From positions 1 to 64,000 of the IMG/VR virus record IMGVR_UViG_3300010998_000026: 64,000 nucleotides of DNA; one strand, 5' to 3'. Under the pieces are notes generated by a model. That model was not told where the DNA came from, did no database searches, and worked only from the letters and a program-made list of their open reading frames with translations. The position numbers were made by a program, and so were the translations under genes. This document shows positions 21,032 through 34,993 of the stretch, piece by piece (the stretch's first letter is position 1; every line of letters begins with the position of its first letter). Origin of the DNA: a virus (lineage: Duplodnaviria > Caudoviricetes).

Positions 21032-23806
21032 ATGATTAGATTAATCAACCGTCGCTTAATCATCCCACGCGGTGACACAGGAACTTTTACTGTGCCTTTA
21101 ATAGCATCAGCAACTGCCGCGGACGTTGCTGTTTTTACTATATTTGATTGTCTAACTCATACAAAGTTGTTTTAGAAAACAATCACCACAAGTGAAGATA
21201 GTTTAACAATTGAATTTACTCATAATGATACTGTAAATTTAAAACCAGGCCATTATGTATGGGATATTAAGTTCTATAAAAATCCTGTATTCGCGGAAGA
21301 AGAGTTGGTTAATGGAGATGAAATTGACTCTTATTATGCAGGTTTCACTTTACCTGTTTGTGAAATAAGAGAAACAGGCGATGATTTATTATTATCAGAT
21401 GATGCACCTACTTCTACTATGTCTCCTATGTAGTTAGATATAATTAGTTCTGCTATTAGTGAAACTAATTTATCTAAGCGGGACGCGGCGGCATCAGCAA
21501 GCGCGGCAGCGTCCAGTGCGAACGAAGCTAGTGCTTCCGCGGCGGCGGCATTGCAAAGTTAGACTAATGCGGAAGATGCGGCAGGAGCAGCAATTAACGC
21601 AAAAAACGCGGCAATAAGTGCTTCTGAAATAGCAGTAAGTGCAAAAAGTAATGCCGAAACCGCGCAAGCCAATGCAGAAGCGGCAGCTTCAACCGCGACC
21701 TCAAAAGCAGATGAAGCATCACAAAGCGCAATGAATGCAGAAAGCGCAAAAGCGGATGCTTTAGCCGCGGTATCAGAAATTAGTAATTTACAAGTATCAG
21801 TTAGTACATTAGGACCAACAGCAAATGCAACCGCATCCTATGATTCAAGTACTGGTATGCTTTCTCTTGGTATTCCTCGCGGCCATACTATTTCTTCTAT
21901 TAATAAAACCGCGACTAATGGATTAGTTGATACTTATACTATAACTTTTACAAATGGAAATACAACGACTTTTAACATTACTAATGGTGATTCTGGAGTT
22001 TATTATGGAACTACTGCTCCTACTAATCCTAATGTAAATGTATGGATTGACCCAAGTGGAACTAACAATTTAGTTTCTCCTACTGTTGTAGTATCTAATA
22101 TTTAGGGTGGTAAGAGAATTGCTATTACTGATATAAATGGTACTCATAATGCAGATATTTATAATGGCGATGCAGGGCATTTATTAATTCATATTTGTAC
22201 TGCGGGAGAGTATGATGCAGAAACTGGCGTACCAACAGTACAAAATCCAGATTAGGATACTTTTTATTTAGTGCCTGGTAGAGAAAGTGGTAATTTATAT
22301 ATTGAATGGATGTATGTAAATAATAATTGGGAGCAGTTCGGTAGTGCGAATATTGATCTGAGTGGATATGCGACGAAGACGGATACTGTGTTGGAGACTA
22401 CGTTAAGTAGAGGTAGAAAAGCCGGAACGACGATTGGGGACGGAAGTTTTGCGTTTGGGCTTGAAGTTAAAGCAAGTGGATTGTATTCACACGCGGAGGG
22501 CGGTGCAACTTCTGCGTCTAACAGTGGTTCACATGCTGAAGGTATGTCTACATTGGCATCTGGAATATGTTCTCATGCAGAAGGTATGGCGAATAGTGCT
22601 TCTGGAAATTATTCGCATGCAGAAGGTGGAACATTTGGTTCTGGGAATAGTGCTGTTGGAACGTCTTCGCATGTGGAAGGACAAGGAAATAGCGCATTAA
22701 AGTCTAATGCGCATGCAGAAGGACAAAATAATATAGCGGCTGGTTTCCGTTCTCATGCAGAAGGCTATAATACTTATGCGTATCACGCTGATACTCATAC
22801 TGAGGGAGAATTTACTATTGCAAATGGACAAGCTTCTCATGTTGGCGGTAAATATAACGTCGAAGATTCTTATGCTTTCTGGCTCGAATGGGAACCCGGA
22901 GAATACGTTGTAGGTGATAAGTGCAAAGTCACCACTATCATAGACAATGAAACCACCGTAACTGGTTATGTTTGCAAAACCGCCAATAACGATGCTACCT
23001 TTGATGCTTCTCACTGGACAGTAGATACCTACATGAACTACGCTGAAATCATTGGTAACGGTACCGCAAATAATGCCCGCTCTAACGCCCGTGCTCTCGA
23101 TTGGGATGGCAACGAACATCTTATGGGTGACTTATATGTTAGATGTAATGCTGATTCTTCTGGTGGAACAAAACTTGCAAGAATTGGCGATATACAAATA
23201 GATAGCACAAGTATTCTAAATAATGGTACCGCAAATATCCCAATTGCTACATATGATACTTTAGGTGTAATAAAACCAAGTAGTTATGGTTTTTATATCA
23301 CAAATAATGGATAGCTTAATATTGAACATGCAGAATTAAGTGAAATTAAGGCCGGAATTACTCAGAATGTAGCTCTTACTCCTTCCGCAACTAATACAAT
23401 TGCTTTTTATGGATTAGCGAAGGCCGCGGGAGATACTACATAGGCAAGTTCAAATAATGCGGTTGGGGTTTATACTGAAACAGCATTATCTAAAATTAAT
23501 ACTATGTTAGATGCACCTGTTTCTGTATCTGGTACAACTCCGACAATTACGGCGATGGCGGGAGTGCAATACGTTTGCGGAGAAGTTGATACTTTGGCAA
23601 TCACTGTCCCAGAATCTGGATGCTTTGATGTGGTTTTTGAGAGCGGGAGTACCGCTACTGTGTTAACATTCACTCTTCCAACCGGGTATACGTTAGAATG
23701 GGCGAATGATTTTGATGATACGTCGCTTGATGCTGATACGACCTATGAAATTAATATTAAGGTTGTTGGGACGAAATGTCTGGGGGTGGCGGCGGCATGG
23801 ATGTGA
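21032..23806 (+). CDS. Tail fibre protein with YadA/Hep_Hag-like SHAEG repeats (~924 aa, code 15)
   Basis: Fragments 21731, 22271 and 23504 in one frame; Ala-rich stalk; repeated SHAEG. Confidence 0.8.
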
Positions 23807-24525
23807 TGAGTTTGAGAAGGGCTATTATACAAGCACCCACGAAGTTCCCACTCTTAAAATACTGGTGGTGTGGTGATGACGCACCAGTAAATAATCAATG
23901 GATTGATCGTGTTAGCGGGTGGGCATTTACAATATATGGAGATAATGTTTATAATAATGATGATAAGCAATATGATTTTATAGAATCATCGCAATATGCA
24001 ACCGCTACAAAACCTAATACTCCTCCTGGTTTTTCAATTGGTCATCATTGGATATTTAAATTTGATATTTGGGTTAATCGGTATAAAAGTGCTAATGCAA
24101 CATACTTTTTTGATATAGGATCTGTAAATAGTTCTTCTAAAGCTATTGGATTTGGAATAGGTACAAGAACTAATGATAGTGATGCTGGTGCGCCATATAA
24201 AATATTAAATTGGAAGATGAAAGGAAATTCAAGTAATCCATTTTTAGGCAGTACAGAAATGCATCCAGCGTTACCATTACAACCAATGACTGAATTTGTA
24301 CACGCAATAGGCTCTTATAAAATGGTCGATGGCGGTAATGGTTATGATAAATTTATTGCGACGATCAATGGACAAACTATGCATTTTACAACAAATGTCC
24401 CGCAAGTTGAGTATGGGCCAACTTGGAGTCCGGATATATTACGTATGGCTCAATCAGCATATAATATTGGATCATATAAAGCTTCGTGCAAAATAAAAGA
24501 TATAAAATTCTATGTAATAGATTGA
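23797..24525 (+). CDS. Putative lectin-like receptor-binding/virion protein
   Basis: ORF track; beta-rich; overlaps the previous stop. Confidence 0.65.
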   Translation: MDVMSLRRAIIQAPTKFPLLKYWWCGDDAPVNNQWIDRVSGWAFTIYGDNVYNNDDKQYDFIESSQYATATKPNTPPGFSIGHHWIFKFDIWVNRYKSANATYFFDIGSVNSSSKAIGFGIGTRTNDSDAGAPYKILNWKMKGNSSNPFLGSTEMHPALPLQPMTEFVHAIGSYKMVDGGNGYDKFIATINGQTMHFTTNVPQVEYGPTWSPDILRMAQSAYNIGSYKASCKIKDIKFYVID

Positions 24526-24630
24526 TAGGAGAAAAAACAATGTGTAACATCTTCATCATATCTACGGCTCAGACGGTCATTAGACATAAATAAATTGTAT
24601 TTCCAAATCCCGTAAGGAGATGAAAAAACA

Positions 24631-26847
24631 ATGGACATATTAAAAGTAAAAGTAAATAATGAATGGGTTGCAATTCCTTCCATCACCGGACAACGGGGTA
24701 TTGGAATACAATCTATTACTAAAACAAATACACAAGGTTTAGTTGATACATATACCATCCTATTTTCTGATGGCAATTCAACTACCTTTAATATATCAAA
24801 TGGCGCGGTTCCTTCCTTTACAATTGGTACTGTAACGGAAGGACCTACCGCCGCGGTAACTGTTACTGGAACAGATGCAAATCCAGTTTTAAACTTAACT
24901 CTACCTAATGCAAATGTGCCAACAGCAGTTAGTGAATTAGAAAATGATGCGGGTTATGCTACTGAATCATATGTTGATACAGCGATATCAAATGTGAATA
25001 CAATGAAAATTCACATATGTGCCGCCGCGGAATACAATTCTGAAACTGGCGTTCCAACTATTCAAAATCCCGATACTCAAACTTTCTATCTCGTTCCTGG
25101 CGGTGAAGGCAGTAATTTATTTATTGAGTGGGCATATGTGGATAATGCTTGGGAGCGGTTTGGAAGTGCGGATGTTGATTTAAGTAATTATGTATAGAAG
25201 ACGGATTACGCAACAACAACAAATGCAGGTGTTGTAAAATTAGCAACCAATGGTGGTCTTGTACAATATACAATTGGTAATAATAAATATCTTATAATAG
25301 ATTCTGCGACAGAACAAAATAATAAAAATGGAACACTTGTCTAGAAGCCTATAGCACCAAATACTCTTAATTCTGCAGTATTTTATGGCTTAGCCAGAGC
25401 AGCCGGTGATACATCACAATCTTCTTCTTCAAACGCGGTTGGCACTTATACTGATAATGCTAAATCTGCTATTCGCACAATGCTTGGCGTTTCTTCATCT
25501 GCGGATGTAAGTAATAAAGCAGATAAGGCAGACACAGTATTAGATACAACCCTAAGTCGCGGCCGCAAGGACAACACAACAGTCGGCACCGCCAGTCTTG
25601 CGTTTGGTGTTGACGCGGAAGCAAGCGGCTATTATTCCGTTGCTCTCGGCTTAAATACAGCCGCCGTAAGTCAAGGCGCCTTTGCGGAAGGCAAAGGCAC
25701 GATCGCGCATTATATTGCTCACGCAGAAGGTGAAAATACTGAAGCAAATGGTTAGTGGTCACATAGTGAAGGTGTTGACACAGTAGCAAATGGCGCGGCA
25801 TCACATGCGGGCGGCGATAACACAATCGCAAATGGACATTCTTCATTCGTAACTGGTAGATATAATATTGCTGATAGCTATGATAATTGGCCTTTCTGGG
25901 CAGCAAATACATCATACGCGGTTGGCGATAAAGTAAAAAGAGAATAGCTTATAAACAATGAAGCTACAATAGTTGGTTATATTTGTAAAGAAGCAAATAC
26001 TGATGAATCTTTTGATATAAGTCATTGGGACTTTGATGTTCATCATATGAACTTTGCCGCGATTGTAGGTAATGGATACGAAGCAGAAGACCCAACAACC
26101 CATGAAATGGTAAGACATGGATCAAATGCGTATGCGTTAGATTGGGATGGTAATGGGTATTTTGCGGGAGATGTGTATGTTGGTGCGGATGCTGGTTCTG
26201 CTAATGGAACAAAGCTTGTGAAAGAAAGTGATGTGCCGATTGAATATGGAAGTGGCGTTGGAAGTATAAAAACAAAATCATTTACGACAACAGCGAATGT
26301 AACATATACACAGAACGCTACTGGGACAGCAAGTTCCGCGTTTGGTCTTAGTACAGAGGCAAGTGGCTATACATCACTTGCAACTGGTACTCTAACAAAA
26401 GCTTCTGGTAACTATAGTAGTAGTTTTGGATATTATACAATTTCTAATCTTCCTAGTATGTTTGTAATTGGTACATGTAATATTGAAGCTAGTGAATATC
26501 CTGCATGGGAAGCTAATAAATCATATAGTGTTGGAGATAGAGTAGTACATACAAGAATACTTACTCAAACAATTCGTGTACCTATATGTCTTGAATGTAC
26601 AATTGCCAATAATGATGCAGAATTTACAATGGCAAATTGGAAAAACATAGGCCCGCAAACTTCCCGTAGAGGAGACGCTCTTTTTGTTGTTGGTAATGGA
26701 ATTGCTACAAGTGCTCGTTCTAACGCTTATACTCTTGACTGGGATGGTACTGCACACTACGCAGGCGACATATATATAAATTGTAATTCCGATAGTACCG
26801 GCGGCGAAAAGTTAGTAAATGGCTTAAAGGTGGTGAGGTTGATATGA
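24631..26847 (+). CDS. Tail fibre protein, paralogous modules to 21032-23806 (~738 aa, code 15)
   Basis: Fragments 24631, 25480 and 26047 in one frame; AHAEG repeats; ALDWDG motifs. Confidence 0.8.
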
Positions 26848-27299
26848 TGTATTTGGGAGATTAGGCGGTTGGATTATTAGTTAATAGTCAAGTAAAAGTA
26901 GACAGCGGCGTACTTACTATTCCTTCATCGACTGATAAAATTGTAGTTGAGCATCATTTGGCCGATATTCCTGATTTCGCTTATATTTTTATTAAAATAG
27001 AGGATTCAAATAAAATACCATTTGGTAGTTGCGTTTCTTGCGCATATGGGGATATGCATATAATAAATAATGCATATAATGCTGATGAGAGATATAATTT
27101 TAGATTTTGTTATACATATCGTCATCCTACTTCTGGTAATTTTTTACATGGAGAATGGTATTGCTCAAAACCAACTTCGACATAGTTTAGCTTTTCTAGA
27201 GGTTCAAGTGATTGGCCAGCAGTTGATACAGACGGCAATCCTATAAAATATTGTTGGGTAGTTGGAAAATTTGTAAAGGAGGTGACACCAAATGCCTAA
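26844..27299 (+). CDS. Hypothetical virion protein (code 15)
   Basis: ATGA overlap; same frame as 26958; TAA stop. Confidence 0.65.
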
Positions 27300-29085
27300 T
27301 TCAAAACAAATAGTTTATTTATCTCAGGCGCAATATGCCGAATTAATTGCAAATGGCACCATAACTGTGGATGGTGTCACCGTTACATACGATGAGAATG
27401 ATATATACGTAACGCCGCAGGCGGAACCGGTTACGGATGTACGTATAAACGGAACATCTATCGCGGCGAATGGGGTTGCAAATGTTCCGTTAGCTGATGC
27501 TGATACATATGGCGTTATGAAGCTTGGCACAGGACTTTTTGTTCAAGACTACGGTGGTGGTAATAAGAAAGTAAGGGTCGGTGAACCATCGAGCGGACAG
27601 ATTAAAGTTGGAACACATGGAAGTGGGTATATTAGCCCGATGAATCAGCACGAATCTGCATTTTACGGTTTAGCCAAAGCGTCTGGCGACACCACTCAAT
27701 CTCAAAGCAACAATGCCGTTGGTACTTATACCCCCGAAGCCAAAGGCGCCATCCAACAAATGCTCGGCATTTCAAATCTCCTCGCCCCTTCCGAAACCGC
27801 AACCGCATCTAAAGCATATAGTATTGGAGAAGTATTTACTTCCAATGGAAAATTATATAAAGCAACCGCGGCAATTGCGGCGGCGGATGCAATTGTTACG
27901 CAAGACGCGGGAGAAGAGGTTAGTGGAAGTAATGCGGCGGAAGTTAAGTTGAGTGAGTATGCGGTAAGGGATGTGCAAGTTAATGGGACGAGTGTGTTGC
28001 AGAATGGTGTGGCGAATATACCGGTAGGAAGCACTACAGAATACGGCGTATTAAAGGCTGAACATGGTTTAACAACATATGAAGGTAGAATATCTGTAAG
28101 GACTCCAAACGACACTCAGGTAAAAGAAGGATATTTGGGAAGTTATGCCGTTGTACTTTCCAAACAACATGCATCCACCTTCTATGGCCTCGCTAAAGCC
28201 GCCGGTGCTGACATGGCATCCATCGCATCCACTACTGTCGGCATCTACCCCGACGCTCAAAAAGCCGCAATTCAACATATGCTTGGCACCGATACAAACC
28301 TCGCATCCTATGAATCCGATACAACCGCGGATTAGGCATACGCAATTGGTGAACTATTTATGTTGAATGGTAAATTGCATTAGGCAACTGCCGCAATAGC
28401 AATTGGAGATACATTAGAGGTTGGTACAAATTGCGCGGTGGTAAATGCGGCGGGGGTATTCCCGCATGATGTGCAGATGCGAAATACGTCAATCCTTAAT
28501 AATGGAGTAGCTAATATTCCAGCAGCGGGTCAGCAAACATTCGGCGTTGTAGCATTATATAGTTCATTTGGTATCAGCACCAGTGCATCTGGCTACCTTA
28601 CACTCACGGACGCGACCGCAAATAACATAAAAGCAGGAAATGATATTAGGAGCGGTTTTAATCCAAACCATCAGCACGAATCTACTTTCTATGGTTTAGC
28701 TAAAGCGGCGGGAGATACTACATAGAGTGCATCCAACAATGCAGTAGGAGTATATACAAGTGAAGCCAAAATTGCGATTAAAAATATGCTTGATATACAA
28801 AGCGCATCAATAAGTATTACTATTTCAGGTACTACACCCACTATTATTGCACAATCAAATGCACGATATATTTGTAGTGAAATTAGTACACTAGATTTTA
28901 CCCCATGTGCGTCAGGTATATGTGAAGTAATTTTTACAAGTGGTTCAACCGCGGCGGTACTTACTGTTCCAAATACAGTTAAATTCCCGGAATGGTTTGA
29001 TGCCACATCTTTAGATGTAAATACAATTTATGATATATCAATTGTAGATGGAATATACGCGGCGGTGATGACATGGGCAGTTTAA
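27292..29085 (+). CDS. Tail fibre-like protein with repeated DVQ..NGVANIP/FYGLAKAAG modules (~597 aa, code 15)
   Basis: Fragments 27292, 28438 and 28786 in one frame. Confidence 0.8.
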
Positions 29086-31076
29086 TTCCGGTTGAGTATT
29101 AGTAGGTAGAATATTTAGAAAGTACAGGAACACAATATATCATTACAAATATACCAATTCAAACTCCAATTATTTTTGACTCAATTCAAATTTTTACAAA
29201 TCTTAGTGATCAGTATTTAGTTGGTGCGGCGTATGATGAAGATGATGTTTCATATAGATCTTCTGGTAATGGTTAGTATTCAAGTAAATTTTAGTCTGCT
29301 TATAATGGATATTTTTTATTTGGAAATGTAATAACTAATAAAATATATAATATTGTTACTTTATTATCTCAAAAAAATCAAACAGTAACAGTTGATGATA
29401 AAATAATAGGAACTAGAAATAGATCTTATCTTACTGAGCTTAATAGTACAAAGGCTCAATATGGTATTTTTTGTTAGTATAAAACAGGTAGTGGCGCATA
29501 GTTTCAGAGTAAGGTAAAATTATATTCATTAAAGATAAGTAATTCGACTACTTTACTCGGAAATTTTATTCCATGTTATCGTAAATCCGATAATGAACCA
29601 GGTATGTATGATACAGTATCAAATACTTTCTTTACCAACTCTGGTAATGGTACATTTCTAATTGGTGGAGAAGTACATGAGTATGGAAATTTAATTGAGA
29701 ATAGAAAAAATATTATATTAAATACTCCTCATTTAATTACAACTACCGCTGCACCCATAGCAACCTTTAATACAGATATGAAGGCGCCATTAGATTCATT
29801 AAAAGTTTATTTTAATCCAATTTAGGAAGGTAGCGGCGATCCAAGTCTAGAAAATGTAAGGCCAATTAATGGATGAAATAGCTTAATTTGTGGTGTAAAT
29901 AGAAGACCTTTACCTAGTGAATATTAGGAAGTTGAATATCTTTTGCCGCCTAGTGATAAAACAGCAAGAAATGATGCTTATTTTATAACAGATTACTTTG
30001 CAAATTAGGACACTAGATTTAGTGTTACCACACATTGTAACAGTGAATATGTAAGTTTATTATGGAGTAATAATTTTGAATTATATAAAAATGGATGGTA
30101 TACTTATCGTCTTACATGGGCAAATATTACATATGGTACTAGTGGTCTTAATGCACATCGTAATAATAAATGGCTATTAGAAACAAATGATGCGGGAACA
30201 CAATGGATTAGAACAAATTTAACTAATAGTAATGTTTATAAGCAAGCAATTACGGCGCCTTCTACCTTTTAGGATACATCTCCAGTAATTATTTTTGGTA
30301 AAGAAACTGATGGCGTAATTACAAATGATATTCCTAATAATTCATATACTTATGTTATTTATTTATATGAAATTACATTTCGAGAAAATGGAATTATTAA
30401 ACGCAATTATATTCCATGCTATCGTAAATCAGATAATGAACCAGGGTTTTTTGATACTGTAACCAATACTTTCTTAGCGGGAAGTGGAACTGGTAAATTT
30501 AGAGTTGGCCCCGATGTAACAACTGGATACCTTCTCCCAGTAGACTGGACTTCAACTACGGGGACGGTGTATGGCGGGTATGTAGATTTAGTAAAAGGTG
30601 AATTAGTAGAAACATGGCATAAGATTGTGGCGGATGGAGTCAATGTAAAGTGTAATACTAATTATAGTAATGATACATATATCGCCGCAGGAATTGTATA
30701 TCTTTCTCCAAAGGGTAAGTATGATGGTTATTCTGTTAGTTCAACTGTTTTATGTAATAATATACCTGTTTATGCTGTTAATCAATCCTTACCAAATAAT
30801 TGGGATTTTCCATTTATTCGCACGACTTCTAATGGACAATAGTATTTAAGATTTTATACAGCATATACTGCTGATCATCCAGAGTTAGAAACAAATGCAG
30901 ATAAAATTGCATTTGTTAATTCATACTTACAAGAACACCCAGCAACAATAGTATATAAATTGACAACTCCAATAACTTATACTCTTACTCCCCAATCCCT
31001 CAAAACTCTCCGCGGTACCAACAACATATGGTCAAACGCGAATGGCAATATAGACCTATCCTACTGGTCTCATTAA
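29073..31076 (+). CDS. Virion protein with two EYQxVEYL...PCYRKSDNEPG modules (code 15; apparent internal TGA at 29874)
   Basis: Starts PVEY(TAG)(TAG)VEYLESTGTQYI; fragments 29604 and 30567 in the same frame. Confidence 0.65.
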
Positions 31077-31104
31077 AAAATAAAAATAAAGTGAGGTAAT
31101 TATT

Positions 31105-31449
31105 ATGGCAAGAAATATTTTTATAGTCAACGCAACTTAGGTGGTCACATCTGAGGCCAACCCACACGGCTTATTTTCCGTAGTCAGTGGTTATCCAAAA
31201 ACATACGATTCTAACACCTACGACGGCAATATGGAAGCCGCTCTACGTGCTGCAAAATCTGAATATTATGCGCGCTTATCTGCCAACTACGCAGGTTCAA
31301 CCGCCCGCGTAATGGCAACCGTAACTCTTGAACAAGCAAATGGTCAAATGATTCTTCGTGACTCAACTGGTGCTTTCCCAGTTATTGAGCCTGAACCTGT
31401 CGAGCCAGAATCCCCCTCTGAGGTGAATGGCGATGAAGAAGGGAATTGA
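31105..31449 (+). CDS. Hypothetical protein (code 15)
   Basis: RBS GAGG; ATG 31105 in frame with 31141 across one TAG. Confidence 0.75.
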
Positions 31450-31918
31450 TTGGAATTACGAGCGCTATCGTACCCGCGATTTACTTCTTGAATATGACAT
31501 AAATATTATGCCTCCTCATCCTCGCGCGGGCGGCCTTGCAATGGTATATCCTTGGGGTTCCTCAATACTTGATAATGTAGTGGATATGTCAATTCCTTCA
31601 AGACCACATACTACTACACTTTCAATGATATACCCTTGGGAAAATACTTCTCTAAATATTTTAATGCAACAATTATTCTTACTCGCCGTGCAAAGTGGTT
31701 TTGAAGGCGATATGGATGATTTCAAAAATCTTTTCACTTCGTATGTAGGTACTCGTAGTATTATGTTTGCAAAATATTCCGATTTCCCAGAAGAAGGAAT
31801 TGCTTCAAAATTATATTTTGACTTAGAAGAAAAAATACTATATTACTGGGACAATGACTACATACCAGTGAACGCAATGATTATTGCTAATACAATACTT
31901 AATGGTGGTGAAGCATAA
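31427..31918 (+). CDS. Hypothetical virion protein
   Basis: ORF track; FPEEG..SKLYFD motif. Confidence 0.7.
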   Translation: MAMKKGIDWNYERYRTRDLLLEYDINIMPPHPRAGGLAMVYPWGSSILDNVVDMSIPSRPHTTTLSMIYPWENTSLNILMQQLFLLAVQSGFEGDMDDFKNLFTSYVGTRSIMFAKYSDFPEEGIASKLYFDLEEKILYYWDNDYIPVNAMIIANTILNGGEA

Positions 31919-32628
31919 TGGCAACTAATAGTGTAAAAGTAAGATTACAAATTAGGCACGACGAAGCCGCCGATTGGATTACACGGAATCCAGTATTAGC
32001 ACAAGGTGAATATGGTTTAGAAACTAACACATTTCTAATAAAAGTAGGGGATGGTGTAACCGATTGGTTGCACCTCCCTTATTTAAATAAACTTGATGCT
32101 TCTTATTTTCAACATCACAGTGATGGCACAATATCATTTAGTGATAATTTTATGAATACTATCGCGGCACTTGAAGCCGCGGCGGGGCAAGCAATTACGC
32201 AATTAGTAGTTACTGAGCCACCAGTAAATGATACTGATGTACCAAATAAAAAATATGTTGACGACGCGATTCGTAATGCAGGTCATTTAAAGCGTGAAGT
32301 GGTACAATACCTTCCTGCCGCATCAGTGGCCGATCCAAATACTTTATATATGGTTCTCGCCCAATCCGGAGACCATTATGAAGAATATATGGCTATTAAC
32401 GGTAATTGGGATATGGTAGGAAGCACAGGCGACGGTGGAAGTGGCGGCGGAATGTTTACACTTGAAGTCGCAACCGATGCACGCCTTGGTGGTGTAAGGT
32501 CTTCTTCCGCGGCAGATGCTATTTTAGTAAATCCAGAAACCGGTATTATGACATTAAATCAAGTTTCTACTACGAAATTATATGTTCCAGTCGGAGATAC
32601 ATTTATTATATATGGCGGCAGTGCTTAA
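31918..32628 (+). CDS. Major-tropism-determinant/hyaluronidase N-terminal-like tail protein
   Basis: WITRNPVLAQGEYGLETNT..KVGDGVTDW..LPY motif. Confidence 0.75.
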   Translation: MATNSVKVRLQIRHDEAADWITRNPVLAQGEYGLETNTFLIKVGDGVTDWLHLPYLNKLDASYFQHHSDGTISFSDNFMNTIAALEAAAGQAITQLVVTEPPVNDTDVPNKKYVDDAIRNAGHLKREVVQYLPAASVADPNTLYMVLAQSGDHYEEYMAINGNWDMVGSTGDGGSGGGMFTLEVATDARLGGVRSSSAADAILVNPETGIMTLNQVSTTKLYVPVGDTFIIYGGSA

Positions 32629-32642
32629 AGGAGGTGGATTAA

Positions 32643-34439
32643 ATGGCGGAGCATACGATTGAAACGCGTATATTGTTACGCTATGACACTTTAAGCAACT
32701 GGCTAAATAGTACAGTTATTCTTAAAAAAGGTGAAGCCGCGATTGCGGCCGCCCCTTTTTCATATACAATTGAGGGTACAAATGACCGTCCAGAAAATAC
32801 TCCCCCTGCAATTGGCATTAAAATTGGTGATGGATACCATTATTTTTATGAGCTTCCTTGGATTTAGGGGATTGCAGGAGATGTCTATGCTTGGGCAAAA
32901 CAATAGTCAAAACCAACTTATAATGCAAATGAAATTCAAGGATTAGCCGCATTTGTATAGTAGTATGCTGGCGGAGGTCAAGGTGGAGATATTACTGTCG
33001 AAGCACGTTCTTATCGCTTAGCTTAGATAAATAATAAATATTATTTATAGTCAAAAGGCGTAAATGATAGTGACTGGATTACTGATGAACTTACTTTTAT
33101 AGATTTAAGTCAATTAGCTAATTTATTAACTTGGTTAGGTACAGCAATAGATGACTACTGGACAATTGGCGGTTATACTAATTAGAAAATTACAGATAAA
33201 TTAAATACTTTAAATTATACTGATACAGAAGATTTATCCAAAGTCATTACTGCGGTAGATTAGGTAAATGGTAAAATTAGTGTTACTAGACGCACTTTAT
33301 CTGCAAGTAATTTATCTGGTAAAGTAAGTGTTCCACAAGGTGGTACAGGCCGCGATACATTAGATTATGATAGTGTATTAGTTGGCAATGGTAATAATCC
33401 AGTTAAATTAATTCCAATTGCAGATACTATTGCTACAAATACAAATTTGGTGCCTAATTATTTAATAAAAGCATACGTAGACAATGCTGTTGCTGGTCTT
33501 GCCGGCGCGATGCATTTTATCGGTGAAGCAACAGTATTTATTGGCTTTAATTCAAATGTAGATCCACATATTGATGGATATAATTTTTCTAAAGTTAAAA
33601 ACGGCGATGTAATTCTATTTGAACATAGAGAATATGTATGGGCAGATGGATATTGGCGGTTATTAGGCGATGAAGGAAGTTATGCTATTAGAGGCTCTAT
33701 TGTGGATGCTGATATTAGTGATGAAGCAAATATTGCAATAACTAAAATAGCTAACTTACAAACTATTCTTTCTTCAAAAGTAGATAAAATTGATGGTAAG
33801 CAACTTTCAACAAATGACTATACCGATGAAGAGAAACAAAAATTACTTAATATTGAAGAAAACGCACAGCGTAATATTATAGAGCATATTTATGTAAATG
33901 GTACAGAAGCAATACCAACAATAGTTGAAGGAAATCCTAATTCATTAAGCTTACGTGTAAGCGCACTTACACCAGAAGAAGAAGAAAAAATTGGTGGTAT
34001 TGAAAGTGGCGCACAAGTTAATAAAATAGAACATATATTTTTAAATAATAATGAATTAAACATTACTACTATAAAAGATTTAGCTAAATCGGTAAATATA
34101 TTAATAAATGAATATACTGAAACCGAATAGCTTAAATTAGCAAGCATTGAAAATGGCGCACAAGTAAATACAATTGAAAAGATATTTTTCAATGAAACTC
34201 AATTTTAGCCGAATGCTGAAAAAGAGGTTCATGTTATTATAGATGAAGCCGCACTTAACTTACAGGTTATAAAAGGCGCACGAGTGCCTAGTGGTGTATC
34301 ATATGAAGATGTAGATATTACATAGGATAAAAAACTAGAATTGGCTCGTATTGCGAAGACAGGTAATATAGCGGATATATTACAATCTTATAATACTTAT
34401 GTAATATTGAATTGCGGTTCAAGCACTGAAGTGCTTTAA
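32643..34439 (+). CDS. Tail fibre protein with Mtd-N-like domain (~598 aa, code 15)
   Basis: LKKGE...KIGDG...ELPW; KVDKIDGKQLSTNDYTDEEKQKL; IE.GAQVN repeats. Confidence 0.8.
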
Positions 34440-34465
34440 CAGGAGAATAAAGGAGGATTTTATAT

Positions 34466-34993
34466 ATGGCGAATGAAAAAATTATTAAGACGAGAATTAT
34501 GATGAAAACTGACAGTCAAGCCAACTGGGATCGTCAAATAAATTTCATTCCATTGTAGGGTGAGATCATCATTTATTCTGCTGATGATACTCACCCCTTT
34601 TCTCGTTTAAAGATAGGAGATGGGAATACAACAGTTGTTAGTTTACCTTTTATAGATGCAGGAACAATTAATGGAGAAGTTCTTAGTGATGTTATTATAA
34701 CAGGTGTAAATCGTTATGCTTTCCCTCCTATTGGTTTTGATAATAAATTATATGTTGATTTATCTAGAAATGTTATATATTGTTATAGTCCCAATAGTGG
34801 ATACTCTCAATTATCACATTTTAGATATACCGCGACGAAAACATAGATTTCTATAATAAATAGTTGGAACCCAGGAATAATGACCACAGCGTTAGTTGAT
34901 GATTAGGCATTAATCATTAATAATGGCATCACACCTACGCTTGATCTTGGGACTTTAAATGTGGTCACAGATATAAGTGAGGTGAGTGAATAA
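34466..34993 (+). CDS. Mtd-N-like small tail protein (code 15)
   Basis: FIPL(Q)GEIIIY...KIGDG...LPF; RBS AAGGAGG. Confidence 0.75.
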
